DNA of 64,000 nt, from the IMG/VR virus record IMGVR_UViG_3300025520_000001, positions 1-64,000 of that record; one strand, 5' to 3'. Each line of letters starts with the position of its first letter. Positions within the stretch are counted from its first letter, which is position 1. The notes below the pieces were generated by a model. It made no database searches and had not been told where the DNA came from. It saw only the letters and a list, made by a program, of their open reading frames with translations. This stretch comes from a virus. Positions 56,611 through 63,387 of this stretch are shown piece after piece. A program made the translations under genes and the position numbers.

Positions 56611-56734
56611 TATACTTCTTCCTCAAGAATTTGCAGATCTTGCTCCTAGATTCCTTGCCGATAAGGCCAGCAAAGGACAGAACCCATATAAAATTGTTGT
56701 ACCTGTAGAATTCTGGCGGATTAAACAGAATCAT
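56597..56734 (-). CDS. LxLIS mini-protein family member (array III-1, 45 aa)
   Basis: MILFNPPEFYRYNNFIWVLSFAGLIGKESRSKICKFLRKKYNATK. Confidence 0.45.
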   Translation of the reverse strand: MILFNPPEFYRYNNFIWVLSFAGLIGKESRSKICKFLRKKYNATK

Positions 56735-56745
56735 CTAGTGTCTGC

Positions 56746-57081
56746 TCACGATGCAGAAAAAACAGAGAGACCGCAGTATGTACTGCCATTAGTCCCATCG
56801 TAGTTGAAGAGTGGATGCCCCATCTCGCCCAAAGCCTGAGTAAATGCGTGTAGGTCTTCAATGAAGAATCGGAGCATAAAGGGGCTTAGTCCGTCAGTGC
56901 AGAAGTCGAAGCTCACCAAGATGCAGTCAGGAGTCGGGGAAAACTGGAAAGCTTGAGTCTCAAGAAACTTCGAATGCGTAGCGCGCTTCACATACTCACC
57001 CCATGTGATTACTTCGGCCTTGCCCAGCTTTGGCCACATGTGATTGAGGAGCGCAACTGCATTCTTGAGTTCTGCAAGCAT
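56746..57081 (-). CDS. hypothetical protein
   Basis: ORF track 111 aa; AAGGGGA RBS. First gene after cassette c. Confidence 0.7.
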   Translation of the reverse strand: MLAELKNAVALLNHMWPKLGKAEVITWGEYVKRATHSKFLETQAFQFSPTPDCILVSFDFCTDGLSPFMLRFFIEDLHAFTQALGEMGHPLFNYDGTNGSTYCGLSVFSAS

Positions 57082-57117
57082 GCTGTCCCCTTAGTTGGTT
57101 GTGTAAGCAAATATCTA

Positions 57118-57177
57118 TTCGGAATAGCAAATAGCAGTATAGCGCCGGCGTAGCAGTGTCAGCGGCTATAGCCGCTG
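57118..57177 (-). promoter_or_regulatory. regulatory cassette (hairpin + CTGACACTGCTACGC + CCGAAT box)
   Basis: Hairpin cagcggc-tata-gccgctg at 57160-57177; 15-mer at 57148-57162; ttcgga at 57118-57123. Confidence 0.55.
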
Positions 57178-57281
57178 CGCACCGCCAACCAGGTGTATGA
57201 AGATGACGTAGTCGGAGGGAGCGCAGTATGCATTATCAAGAAGAACGGCCGAACTACGGGGGGTTAGTCCGCCACGTCATC

Positions 57282-57662
57282 TCACTTCTTTTCGTTAAGG
57301 AGCTCGAAGAACTGCTTTGCTCCGTCTTCCTTCGAGATGATGCCTGCGTCGACCGCCAGCTTGATGAGCTGGAACTTGTCGTTGGGCGTCCCGCTCGAGG
57401 CCGGCGCCTTCTGCTTGGGGTTCACCCACGACTCGATGAGGCACGTCGGCTGCCGGCCGACGATGTAGTTGAGCGGATTGCTGAACGCGCGGGTTCCCGG
57501 GCGGATGCTCCAACGACCCTGCTGGAGCCAACCCATCATGATCTCGCCCACCTTCTTGCGCTGCTCATCGGTGATGACGAGGTTGCCGCGCACAGGCGCG
57601 TGGCCGAGGACCTGCTGAAGGGCGGTGCGGAGAGCGTCCTGCTGCGAATTGAACTTGTCCAT
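57282..57662 (-). CDS. diverged NW[LV]RKDKR-family paralog
   Basis: ATG at 57662 with AAAGGA upstream. VITDEQRKKVGEIMMGWLQQG and LNYIVGRQPTCLIESWVNPKQK parallel the family blocks. Confidence 0.65.
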   Translation of the reverse strand: MDKFNSQQDALRTALQQVLGHAPVRGNLVITDEQRKKVGEIMMGWLQQGRWSIRPGTRAFSNPLNYIVGRQPTCLIESWVNPKQKAPASSGTPNDKFQLIKLAVDAGIISKEDGAKQFFELLNEKK

Positions 57663-57876
57663 GGTAGTTTCCTTTTTTGTCAACTTTAAGTGGGAACCAA
57701 TTTCCCATCTCGTATCGACAGGTGAATATATGTTCGGATTAGTTCTTCACCTGTAGTTCGACAGCATTATCACTTCTTGTACTTATTCAACAGTACGGCA
57801 CGTGTTTAGTTCCTGATAATGGCGGGACTGGCGAGAGCAAAGAGAGCGGTGAAGGAGCCGATGAGATAGAAGGCGA

Positions 57877-58005
57877 TCACAGCTTCACCTTCTTGCTGGT
57901 CTGCTGGAGATTCACCTTCAGGAGCTGAACCACGAGCTTTCTGAGCTCGCGAACCTTGGCCTGCAGCTTACGGATCTTCTTGTGGTTGTGTGGCTTACGC
58001 TTCAT
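57877..58005 (-). CDS. highly basic small protein (42 aa)
   Basis: Hand-translated MKRKPHNHKKIRKLQAKVRELRKLVVQLLKVNLQQTSKKVKL. GAAAGGA RBS. Confidence 0.45.
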   Translation of the reverse strand: MKRKPHNHKKIRKLQAKVRELRKLVVQLLKVNLQQTSKKVKL

Positions 58006-58018
58006 GGCTTGTGTCCTT

Positions 58019-58222
58019 TCACGTCTGCTTGTAGAAGTTCGTGGTCAATACCGACATGCGGTAGTTCTCAGTCTCGTCCAGCGTTTCGACTTCCATGGTG
58101 AGACCGTGGTCTTCTATGACCCGAACGCGGACTTCAGAGCCATCTTGGTAGCGGATCACACCAACTTGACCCACAGTCTCGTTTCGTCTCTTCAACTCTT
58201 CCTGTCGCTGTTCTTCGGTCAT
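58019..58222 (-). CDS. hypothetical protein
   Basis: ORF track 67 aa. Confidence 0.6.
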   Translation of the reverse strand: MTEEQRQEELKRRNETVGQVGVIRYQDGSEVRVRVIEDHGLTMEVETLDETENYRMSVLTTNFYKQT

Positions 58223-58225
58223 GGC

Positions 58226-58459
58226 TCACACCTTCGGAAGGAGTTCTTCCATTGTTTCGAGGATGAACTGCTTGAGTTTAAGCTCAAACTGTTCCCAGAG
58301 TACAGCAGCTCCAAGCGGGTCTACCTGCTCGTGTGGAGCATCGTGAAGGACGTAGCCAATCATAGTCGCAGCATCAGCTGGACTAATGGTGCCATTGAGC
58401 AGCTGATTCCTGATGGAGAGCAGCTCAATGTACGTCCGCCTCACCTTGATATGGGCCAC
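58226..58459 (-). CDS. hypothetical protein
   Basis: ORF track 77 aa. Confidence 0.6.
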   Translation of the reverse strand: MAHIKVRRTYIELLSIRNQLLNGTISPADAATMIGYVLHDAPHEQVDPLGAAVLWEQFELKLKQFILETMEELLPKV

Positions 58460-58467
58460 AAGTACTC

Positions 58468-58701
58468 CTAACAGCCTGCGTGACGTGCTTTGTCGCGGGC
58501 CATGATGATAGCCTCATCGCGGCCGGTCCACCCCTCTTGGTTGAGGTATTGCTCCCATTCCATCTGGAAGTCTTCGGTCTTTCCCCCGAGTTCTTCTGCG
58601 AACGAAGCGAGAAACTCCTTCTTCTCCTCGACACGCTCTTCTTTGGTGAGCTCGTTCCACAGGAGCTTGTTGCGGTCACGCAAAGTCGTGTTCCTTTCCA
58701 T
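58468..58701 (-). CDS. hypothetical protein
   Basis: ORF track 77 aa. Confidence 0.6.
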   Translation of the reverse strand: MERNTTLRDRNKLLWNELTKEERVEEKKEFLASFAEELGGKTEDFQMEWEQYLNQEGWTGRDEAIIMARDKARHAGC

Positions 58702-58728
58702 GCTTTGTTGGGGACAAGCGTATTTATG

Positions 58729-58807
58729 TTCGGTTTAGTACCGAGCCTCAGCGTAGCAGTGTCAGCGCAAACAGTTCCACCCCATCCCCTGTACGAGCGG
58801 GATGGGG
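58729..58807 (-). promoter_or_regulatory. regulatory cassette (hairpin + CTGACACTGCTACGC + CCGAAC box)
   Basis: Hairpin ccccatccc / gggatgggg at 58780-58807; 15-mer at 58751-58765; ttcggt at 58729-58734. Confidence 0.55.
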
Positions 58808-58836
58808 CGGGAACCTGATGGCCTGTGACCTCGAGG

Positions 58837-59292
58837 TTACTTCGTCTGTACGAGGTGGCGGAGGCTCGGCGGGAGCGCTTCCACGTTGACCTCGACGCGC
58901 GGCCTGAGCTCCGCCTGGCGAGCCTCGATGGCCTTCTGGATCTCCTGCTTGGCCGCCGGGTCGGTGGTGATGGCCAGGAGGCTCTTCATCGCCTTGATGC
59001 TCTCGTCGCCGCTGCCGCTCCGCGAGCCCGGGTTCTTGGCGACGTACTGCGTGCCGCCGTTGAGCCGCTTGTCCTTGCGGAGCCAGTTGTTGACCAGGCC
59101 CGGCACGTACTTGCGGATGGCCACCTCGTCCGCGTTCTTGCTGTGCTGCGTGACGCCGAGCAGGAACATCTGCACCACCATATCGTGGATCTGCGTGAGC
59201 TGCTGCTTGGTCGGCTGGTACGCCTCGCCGTTGCTCTCGCCCATGACCTGCGTCACCGCCTGGAAGACCGCTTCACCCTGAGTGATCGACAT
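58837..59292 (-). CDS. NWLRKDKR-family protein, paralog 2
   Basis: 151 aa. VNNWLRKDKRLNGGTQYVAKNPGSRSGSGDESIKAM...LPPSLRHLV. Confidence 0.8.
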   Translation of the reverse strand: MSITQGEAVFQAVTQVMGESNGEAYQPTKQQLTQIHDMVVQMFLLGVTQHSKNADEVAIRKYVPGLVNNWLRKDKRLNGGTQYVAKNPGSRSGSGDESIKAMKSLLAITTDPAAKQEIQKAIEARQAELRPRVEVNVEALPPSLRHLVQTK

Positions 59293-59508
59293 ACTGTTTA
59301 CCTTTCAACTGCATGCTACGTGGTTAGTGTTACGACTACGTTTACGGTTTTAGCTAAGCTTTATTGCTCGCGTTATAACCGTGTTGGGTTGTACTTCATG
59401 GTTGAACTACGACTACGCTTCTTACGACTATGATAGACTTTATTGTCCATCATCATCGTGAATGTTTTTAGGTTCGGAAACGTGAGGTAAGGTGCGGAAC
59501 TAATTACA

Positions 59509-59631
59509 CTAATTAGCTCGACGAGCGAAAAGGTTATTTGCTATAGCCTTATGGGTGGCTTTCGACATGAGTCTAAAGCACTTTATCATGTAGCAAAAAT
59601 TCAGCACCACAATAATCTGTCGGTAGGACAT
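59509..59631 (-). CDS. LxL mini-protein family candidate (40 aa)
   Basis: MSYRQIIVVLNFCYMIKCFRLMSKATHKAIANNLFARRAN. Confidence 0.35.
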   Translation of the reverse strand: MSYRQIIVVLNFCYMIKCFRLMSKATHKAIANNLFARRAN

Positions 59632-59639
59632 ATTTTCTA

Positions 59640-59939
59640 TCACATGGTGTCCAATCGCTCGTCCCAGATATATTCAGTGAGCACCGAGTCAGTAGAGGCA
59701 CTGATGAGTTTTAAGTCTCGCAGAGTCGCGAGAAAGTCAAATACTACCCACACTACCTCTCTGTTTAACTTCCCCATGGTCCTTATTTCAGGTGTCCTGG
59801 TCACGTACACGCACCAACTCCTCTTGCGCGTCGCTACGCGCCCACATAAAGTCCATGACTTTTCTATCCGTCTCTGCCGAGATGATTCCAAGTAGTCGAA
59901 GTCCCCAAAGCAGATGTCTGACCCTGTAAACACCGCCAT
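59640..59939 (-). CDS. two-unit LxLIS family protein (99 aa)
   Basis: ORF track. Unit 1 ICFGDFDYLESSRQRRIEKSW; unit 2 VVWVVFDFLATLRDLKLISASTDSVLTEYIW. Confidence 0.5.
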   Translation of the reverse strand: MAVFTGSDICFGDFDYLESSRQRRIEKSWTLCGRVATRKRSWCVYVTRTPEIRTMGKLNREVVWVVFDFLATLRDLKLISASTDSVLTEYIWDERLDTM

Positions 59940-60133
59940 CAGATACCTTTATCATACCTCAACCTATATATGAGGATGCTCATTGCGTGGCTATCTGTCT
60001 TCCCGCTGATTAGCCCCATCAATCGGAGCAATAGTAGAAACAAGCCAATTCTGTTCGTGGCGGTGTGTTGCCACTCCCCACTCCCACCGCCACCGCCACC
60101 GTTAATTATGCTTGATCCCATTGGAGTATTCAT
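59939..60133 (-). CDS. LxLIS mini-protein family member (64 aa)
   Basis: ORF track. RIGLFLLLLRLMGLISGKTDSHAMSILIYRL, with a Gly6 run near the N-terminus. Confidence 0.5.
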   Translation of the reverse strand: MNTPMGSSIINGGGGGGSGEWQHTATNRIGLFLLLLRLMGLISGKTDSHAMSILIYRLRYDKGI

Positions 60134-60245
60134 GTGTGAACTTCAACATCACTTCGTGATCTGTCTTCCAGCTGACAAGGCCCAACTCTCGCATCAGGAA
60201 TAGCAGACGAGAGGTGCGGGTGAGTGTGATCCAGTCGCCCTGCAT
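60102..60245 (-). CDS. LxLIS mini-protein family member (47 aa)
   Basis: MQGDWITLTRTSRLLFLMRELGLVSWKTDHEVMLKFTHEYSNGIKHN. GAGGA 8 nt upstream. Confidence 0.45.
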   Translation of the reverse strand: MQGDWITLTRTSRLLFLMRELGLVSWKTDHEVMLKFTHEYSNGIKHN

Positions 60246-60299
60246 ACGAATAGTCCTCACGAGCTTTTACACCCTCCCGTAATTCCCATTAAGTTCGGA

Positions 60300-60650
60300 A
60301 TAGCTACTACACCTCTCTACACACCTACACTAAAATCGACTTACCAACGACTATCCTATATACTCTCCCTTACAGCTATACTAATACTCTGTAATACACA
60401 CTCTATCCCTATCCTCAATACTGTCTATAGGGGAAGGGAGGAATACTCCATATCAGTACTACTCTGTATCCCTAGAGGAGGGAGAAACTAGCCACTTCAA
60501 GCCTGTAACCTGCAGTATTTATTAGGAGAGGTGTGAAGAAAAGTCCAGTGTGGCCGCAGTCACTGCAAGGCCACCTGACTTATCAAGGGCTTACGCTTGG
60601 CCCCATGTGCGCCATCATGCTACATCCCTGTCCCCCTGCATGCCCATATA
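60300..60650 (-). pseudogene. decayed copies of the LxLIS mini-protein family (ORF-free stretch)
   Basis: Minus-sense MQGDRDVA*WRTWGQA*ALDKSGGLAVTAATLDFSSHLS* (compare 60102..60245) and ..VLRIGIECVLQSISIAVRESI*DSRW*. The family motif is interrupted by stops. Confidence 0.35.
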
Positions 60651-60654
60651 TCTG

Positions 60655-60680
60655 TTCGGAGCCCGGCGTAGCAGTGTCAA
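60655..60680 (-). promoter_or_regulatory. regulatory cassette, compact copy (TTGACACTGCTACGC-6 nt-CCGAAC)
   Basis: gcgtagcagtgtcaa at 60666-60680; ttcgga at 60655-60660. Preceded by a polypurine/polypyrimidine imperfect palindrome at 60684-60716. Confidence 0.5.
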
Positions 60681-60723
60681 CACCCTCTTCCTCCCTCCTC
60701 TATAGGGAGAAGGGAGAGAAACA

Positions 60724-60873
60724 CTAGGGAGAAAAGGGGAAGGATTGCCAGTCGTAATAGATCTTTCTCTTAGTATCTAGAGAGATTAGATGTAAGCGAT
60801 AGAGGACGTCGGCCAATCTATATAGCTTTATTCGAGATCCATGCAGCCCGATTCGAGATTGATTACTCTTCAT
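60724..60873 (-). CDS. LxLIS mini-protein family member (array I-h, 49 aa)
   Basis: MKSNQSRIGLHGSRIKLYRLADVLYRLHLISLDTKRKIYYDWQSFPFSP. Confidence 0.45.
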   Translation of the reverse strand: MKSNQSRIGLHGSRIKLYRLADVLYRLHLISLDTKRKIYYDWQSFPFSP

Positions 60874-61012
60874 AGTTAGGCGGAGCCTTGGCCCACTCCC
60901 TCCAGGTCATTACTATCACTTGCTCTCTGGTACTAAAGGAGATGAGATTTAGGCGATAGAGGACCTCATAGAGACTATAGAGGAAGTTGCGTTTAGTTAT
61001 GTTGAGCTTCAA
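60863..61012 (-). CDS. LxLIS mini-protein family member (array I-g, 49 aa, TTG start)
   Basis: (M)KLNITKRNFLYSLYEVLYRLNLISFSTREQVIVMTWREWAKAPPNYEE. Confidence 0.4.
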   Translation of the reverse strand: MKLNITKRNFLYSLYEVLYRLNLISFSTREQVIVMTWREWAKAPPNYEE

Positions 61013-61013
61013 T

Positions 61014-61151
61014 TCATTCTCTATCCCAGAATTGGGTCAGAAGATTGAGGCGAGTCTCATTAGAGATTAGGCCCAGGAGATAGAGGATCCAAGTGAAGTA
61101 GCGGATCTCTTCATATTTGCTTGCACTTATTTTTTGGTTCGGAGGAGGCAT
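61014..61151 (-). CDS. LxLIS mini-protein family member (array I-f, 45 aa)
   Basis: MPPPNQKISASKYEEIRYFTWILYLLGLISNETRLNLLTQFWDRE. TAATG overlap with I-e. Confidence 0.45.
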   Translation of the reverse strand: MPPPNQKISASKYEEIRYFTWILYLLGLISNETRLNLLTQFWDRE

Positions 61152-61285
61152 TAGTGTCTCCTAGTCCAGAGACTATTTATGTTCCTCATGCGGGTCTGGT
61201 AAGAGATGATCTGTATCCTATAGAGGAATATAGAGATCTTGTGGATGTGTAGGTAGGCTTCGTGGTTGAGAGTGTTGAGGTTCAT
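61151..61285 (-). CDS. LxLIS mini-protein family member (array I-e, 44 aa)
   Basis: MNLNTLNHEAYLHIHKISIFLYRIQIISYQTRMRNINSLWTRRH. TGATG overlap with I-d. Confidence 0.45.
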   Translation of the reverse strand: MNLNTLNHEAYLHIHKISIFLYRIQIISYQTRMRNINSLWTRRH

Positions 61286-61422
61286 CAGTATCTCCTGTCC
61301 CACAGTATGTCTAGGGTACGCATGCGGGTCTTACGGGAGATAAGCTGCAGTGTGTACAGCATGTAGCTTACATTGATGAGGTGTATGTACTGTTTGTGGT
61401 CTATGCGTTGAGCTATTACCAC
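61285..61422 (-). CDS. LxLIS mini-protein family member (array I-d, 45 aa, GTG start)
   Basis: (M)VIAQRIDHKQYIHLINVSYMLYTLQLISRKTRMRTLDILWDRRY. Confidence 0.4.
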   Translation of the reverse strand: MVIAQRIDHKQYIHLINVSYMLYTLQLISRKTRMRTLDILWDRRY

Positions 61423-61583
61423 AGCGGCATCTCGTCCAGGATGGAGTCATTAGCACTGCGCCTGGTCACCTCAGAAATGAGTCCCAGCTGCATCAGCACG
61501 TATATGAAGTCAGCTATCTTATAACCCTGCTGACGAGAGTACTTGAAATGGGGTTTCCGCTCCCCTTTGTAATTAAAGGTCAT
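61416..61583 (-). CDS. LxLIS mini-protein family member (array I-c, 55 aa)
   Basis: MTFNYKGERKPHFKYSRQQGYKIADFIYVLMQLGLISEVTRRSANDSILDEMPLW. ATG immediately follows the I-b stop. Confidence 0.45.
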   Translation of the reverse strand: MTFNYKGERKPHFKYSRQQGYKIADFIYVLMQLGLISEVTRRSANDSILDEMPLW

Positions 61584-61733
61584 TCAGTAATGGAGGTAGA
61601 TGGCATTGATAGCACGAACTCTAGTCGCCTCAGAGATGAGGCCTAGGATAGAGAGTACGGCCAGGAAGTCGGCCTGGCAGTAATACTCGTCCCAAGTAGA
61701 GTTGTAATTAGCGGTTGAAGTCGACACGGGCAT
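61584..61733 (-). CDS. LxLIS mini-protein family member (array I-b, 49 aa)
   Basis: MPVSTSTANYNSTWDEYYCQADFLAVLSILGLISEATRVRAINAIYLHY. Confidence 0.45.
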   Translation of the reverse strand: MPVSTSTANYNSTWDEYYCQADFLAVLSILGLISEATRVRAINAIYLHY

Positions 61734-61866
61734 AAGAGTTTAAAAGGGCTTTCGTGCGGCTTTCAGCGCCGCAGAGCCTCAGGAAGTACATGGTCCACAG
61801 GATGTAACTGATGGAGGTGCGCTCTAAGAAGGTGAAAGAGCGCCCGCGAGGTTCCTGCGCCTCCAT
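61708..61866 (-). CDS. LxL mini-protein family member (array I-a, 52 aa)
   Basis: MEAQEPRGRSFTFLERTSISYILWTMYFLRLCGAESRTKALLNSYARVDFNR. ATGA overlap with the stop of 61866..62255. Confidence 0.45.
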   Translation of the reverse strand: MEAQEPRGRSFTFLERTSISYILWTMYFLRLCGAESRTKALLNSYARVDFNR

Positions 61867-62255
61867 CAGTGAGAGTCGATGAAGGCCTGGAGCTCTTTCA
61901 CCTTCTCGCTGTAGAGGTGGATGCTGCTGCCGTACTTGTGGAGGTACTCGACGAGTCCCTTGGCGTACTCCTTGGCCTCATTGCCCTGGAGCGTCTCTGC
62001 CTGGCTGATGAGCTTGTCTCCCTCCACATCGCAGACGTGGTAGAGCTTGCCTTCGTGCTCGGAGAGCCAGCTGTTGGTGAAGTCTTCCCACTCTTCCAGC
62101 TCGCTGGACTCCTCGAGGAGCTCGGTCTCAGCAGTGACCATGAGCTCATGGTCGATGTAGCTGTAGCACCAGCCGCCATCCCAGGCATACTTGACGTGGC
62201 TCTCATTCACCTGCTCAGTGAACTGCTGCTTCAGCTGCTCGAGCTTGTCGCTCAT
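61866..62255 (-). CDS. acidic hypothetical protein
   Basis: ATG at 62255 (MSDKLEQLKQQF...) with GCAAGGAGCAAAGCC upstream. ORF 61866..62306. Confidence 0.75.
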   Translation of the reverse strand: MSDKLEQLKQQFTEQVNESHVKYAWDGGWCYSYIDHELMVTAETELLEESSELEEWEDFTNSWLSEHEGKLYHVCDVEGDKLISQAETLQGNEAKEYAKGLVEYLHKYGSSIHLYSEKVKELQAFIDSH

Positions 62256-62293
62256 GGCTTTGCTCCTTGCTAGGGCGTGTGAGCACTTATACG

Positions 62294-62356
62294 TTCGGCG
62301 AAGCAACTGCCCCTAGGCGTAGCAGTGTCAGCCGGCTCTGTACTAGCAGCCGGCTG
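62294..62356 (-). promoter_or_regulatory. regulatory cassette (hairpin + CTGACACTGCTACGC + CCGAACGTATAAG)
   Basis: Hairpin cagccggc...gccggctg at 62329-62356; 15-mer at 62317-62331; ttcggc at 62294-62299. Confidence 0.55.
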
Positions 62357-62459
62357 CACCACTCTGAGCCAAGTCATCTCCGGAGCAGGGAGCACGCTCA
62401 GACTGGAGGGAGTGCCGTCCCTCGTTTCCTAGACTCGCCTCTACGCTCGCTCCTACTAC

Positions 62460-62924
62460 TTACTTCACGAAGGCCCGCAGGTGCTCGGGCAGCTTGCTGA
62501 TGTCGAGCTGGACCTTCGGCTTGAGCTCTTCGAGGCGCTTGTCGATCTCCGCCTGCACGGCCAGCTTGGCCTCGGGGTCGGTCACCACGGAAAGCAGGAC
62601 CTTGAGGTTCTTGAGCTGTTCGTCACCGCTGCCGGTGCGGGAACCGGGATTCTTCGGGGCGTAGGTGACGCCACCGTTCATCCGCTTGTCCTTCCGCACC
62701 CAGTTGTTGGTGAGGCCGGGGATGTACTTCTTCAGCGAGATCTCGTCGTTGCCGCCCGAGTTCTTCTGCACCTCGCCGTTGAGGAAGCCGAGGAGGATGC
62801 GCTCGTGGACCTTTTCCGTCTGGTCCTTGGTCCACTGCGTGGTCGACGGCACCGGGCCATCGAGCTTGCCATCGTTGCCGAAGACGGAGAGAACCGCGAG
62901 GTACACCAATTCGCCCTGAGTCAT
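62460..62924 (-). CDS. NWVRKDKR-family protein, paralog 3
   Basis: ATG at 62924 (MTQGELVYLAV...) with CAAGGAGCAATACC upstream. TNNWVRKDKRMNGGVTYAPKNPGSRTGSGDEQLKNL...LPEHLRAFV. Confidence 0.8.
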   Translation of the reverse strand: MTQGELVYLAVLSVFGNDGKLDGPVPSTTQWTKDQTEKVHERILLGFLNGEVQKNSGGNDEISLKKYIPGLTNNWVRKDKRMNGGVTYAPKNPGSRTGSGDEQLKNLKVLLSVVTDPEAKLAVQAEIDKRLEELKPKVQLDISKLPEHLRAFVK

Positions 62925-63008
62925 GGTATTGCTCCTTGCTTGGACTACGTTCGAGTTGGACTGCACTATGATGAACTCTATGCTTCGTTCATCGTGACCT
63001 AATATAGG

Positions 63009-63063
63009 TTCGGATGAGTCGGAGCGGGTGCGTAGCAGTGTCAGCGGGCATGGTGACCCGCTG
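63009..63063 (-). promoter_or_regulatory. regulatory cassette (hairpin + CTGACACTGCTACGC + CCGAACCTATATT)
   Basis: Hairpin cagcggg-catggtga-cccgctg at 63042-63063; 15-mer at 63030-63044; ttcgga at 63009-63014. Confidence 0.55.
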
Positions 63064-63090
63064 CATAGCTTACTTCGTGGGAGTAGTGAG

Positions 63091-63309
63091 TTAGGCTGCG
63101 CGGCGGGTGTTCTGGTCGAGGTCCAGCGCCTTGATGCCCTTGCCGTTGAGGAAGCCGAGCATCACCGGGTCAGAGACCTGGACAGCGTCGTCGAACCACG
63201 AGGCGAGCGGCTTGTCGCTCTCCACCTCGTCGAACTCAGCACGCTGGAAGAAGGGGTCGAAGGAGCCGAGCAGGACGCTGAGAGAGTTGGGGTACGAGAT
63301 GAAGTGCAT
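63091..63309 (-). CDS. short protein related to the N-terminal domain of the NW[LV]RKDKR family
   Basis: 72 aa. DPVMLGFLNGKGI compares with HERILLGFLNGEV of 62460..62924. CCAAGGAGAGCAACC upstream. Confidence 0.6.
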   Translation of the reverse strand: MHFISYPNSLSVLLGSFDPFFQRAEFDEVESDKPLASWFDDAVQVSDPVMLGFLNGKGIKALDLDQNTRRAA

Positions 63310-63387
63310 GGTTGCTCTCCTTGGGTTGATATGTTGATGTGTGTTCGGTTCAGCGAGCAGGGATATAGAGTCCCCGCTCTTAGCTAC

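Noticed and set aside
60533-60727. 64-aa plus-strand ORF in the ORF-free stretch.
   Set aside because: It runs across the regulatory cassette and the polypyrimidine palindrome, is antisense to decayed family copies, and has no RBS.
60426-60745. Plus-strand strings resembling the T7/T3 promoter initiation region (CTATAGGGAGA at 60699, CACTAGGGAGA at 60722, CTATAGGGGAAGG at 60426; also TATAGGGAGA on the minus strand at 36113-36122).
   Set aside because: Only the +1 region matches and the upstream specificity region does not. The purine runs are explained by coding sequence on the other strand (…SFPFSP*), by conserved LY codons (CTCTAT), or by SD function (GGGAGA before the 36103 ATG). No single-subunit RNAP gene is visible here.
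59300-61900. Idea that the ORF-poor 2.6 kb reflects stop-codon reassignment, with a suppressor tRNA among the odd tRNAs.
   Set aside because: The small ORFs lie in different frames linked by ATGA/TAATG overlaps, so read-through would not join them. None of the atypical tRNA loops gives a CUA, UCA or UUA anticodon in a sensible register.
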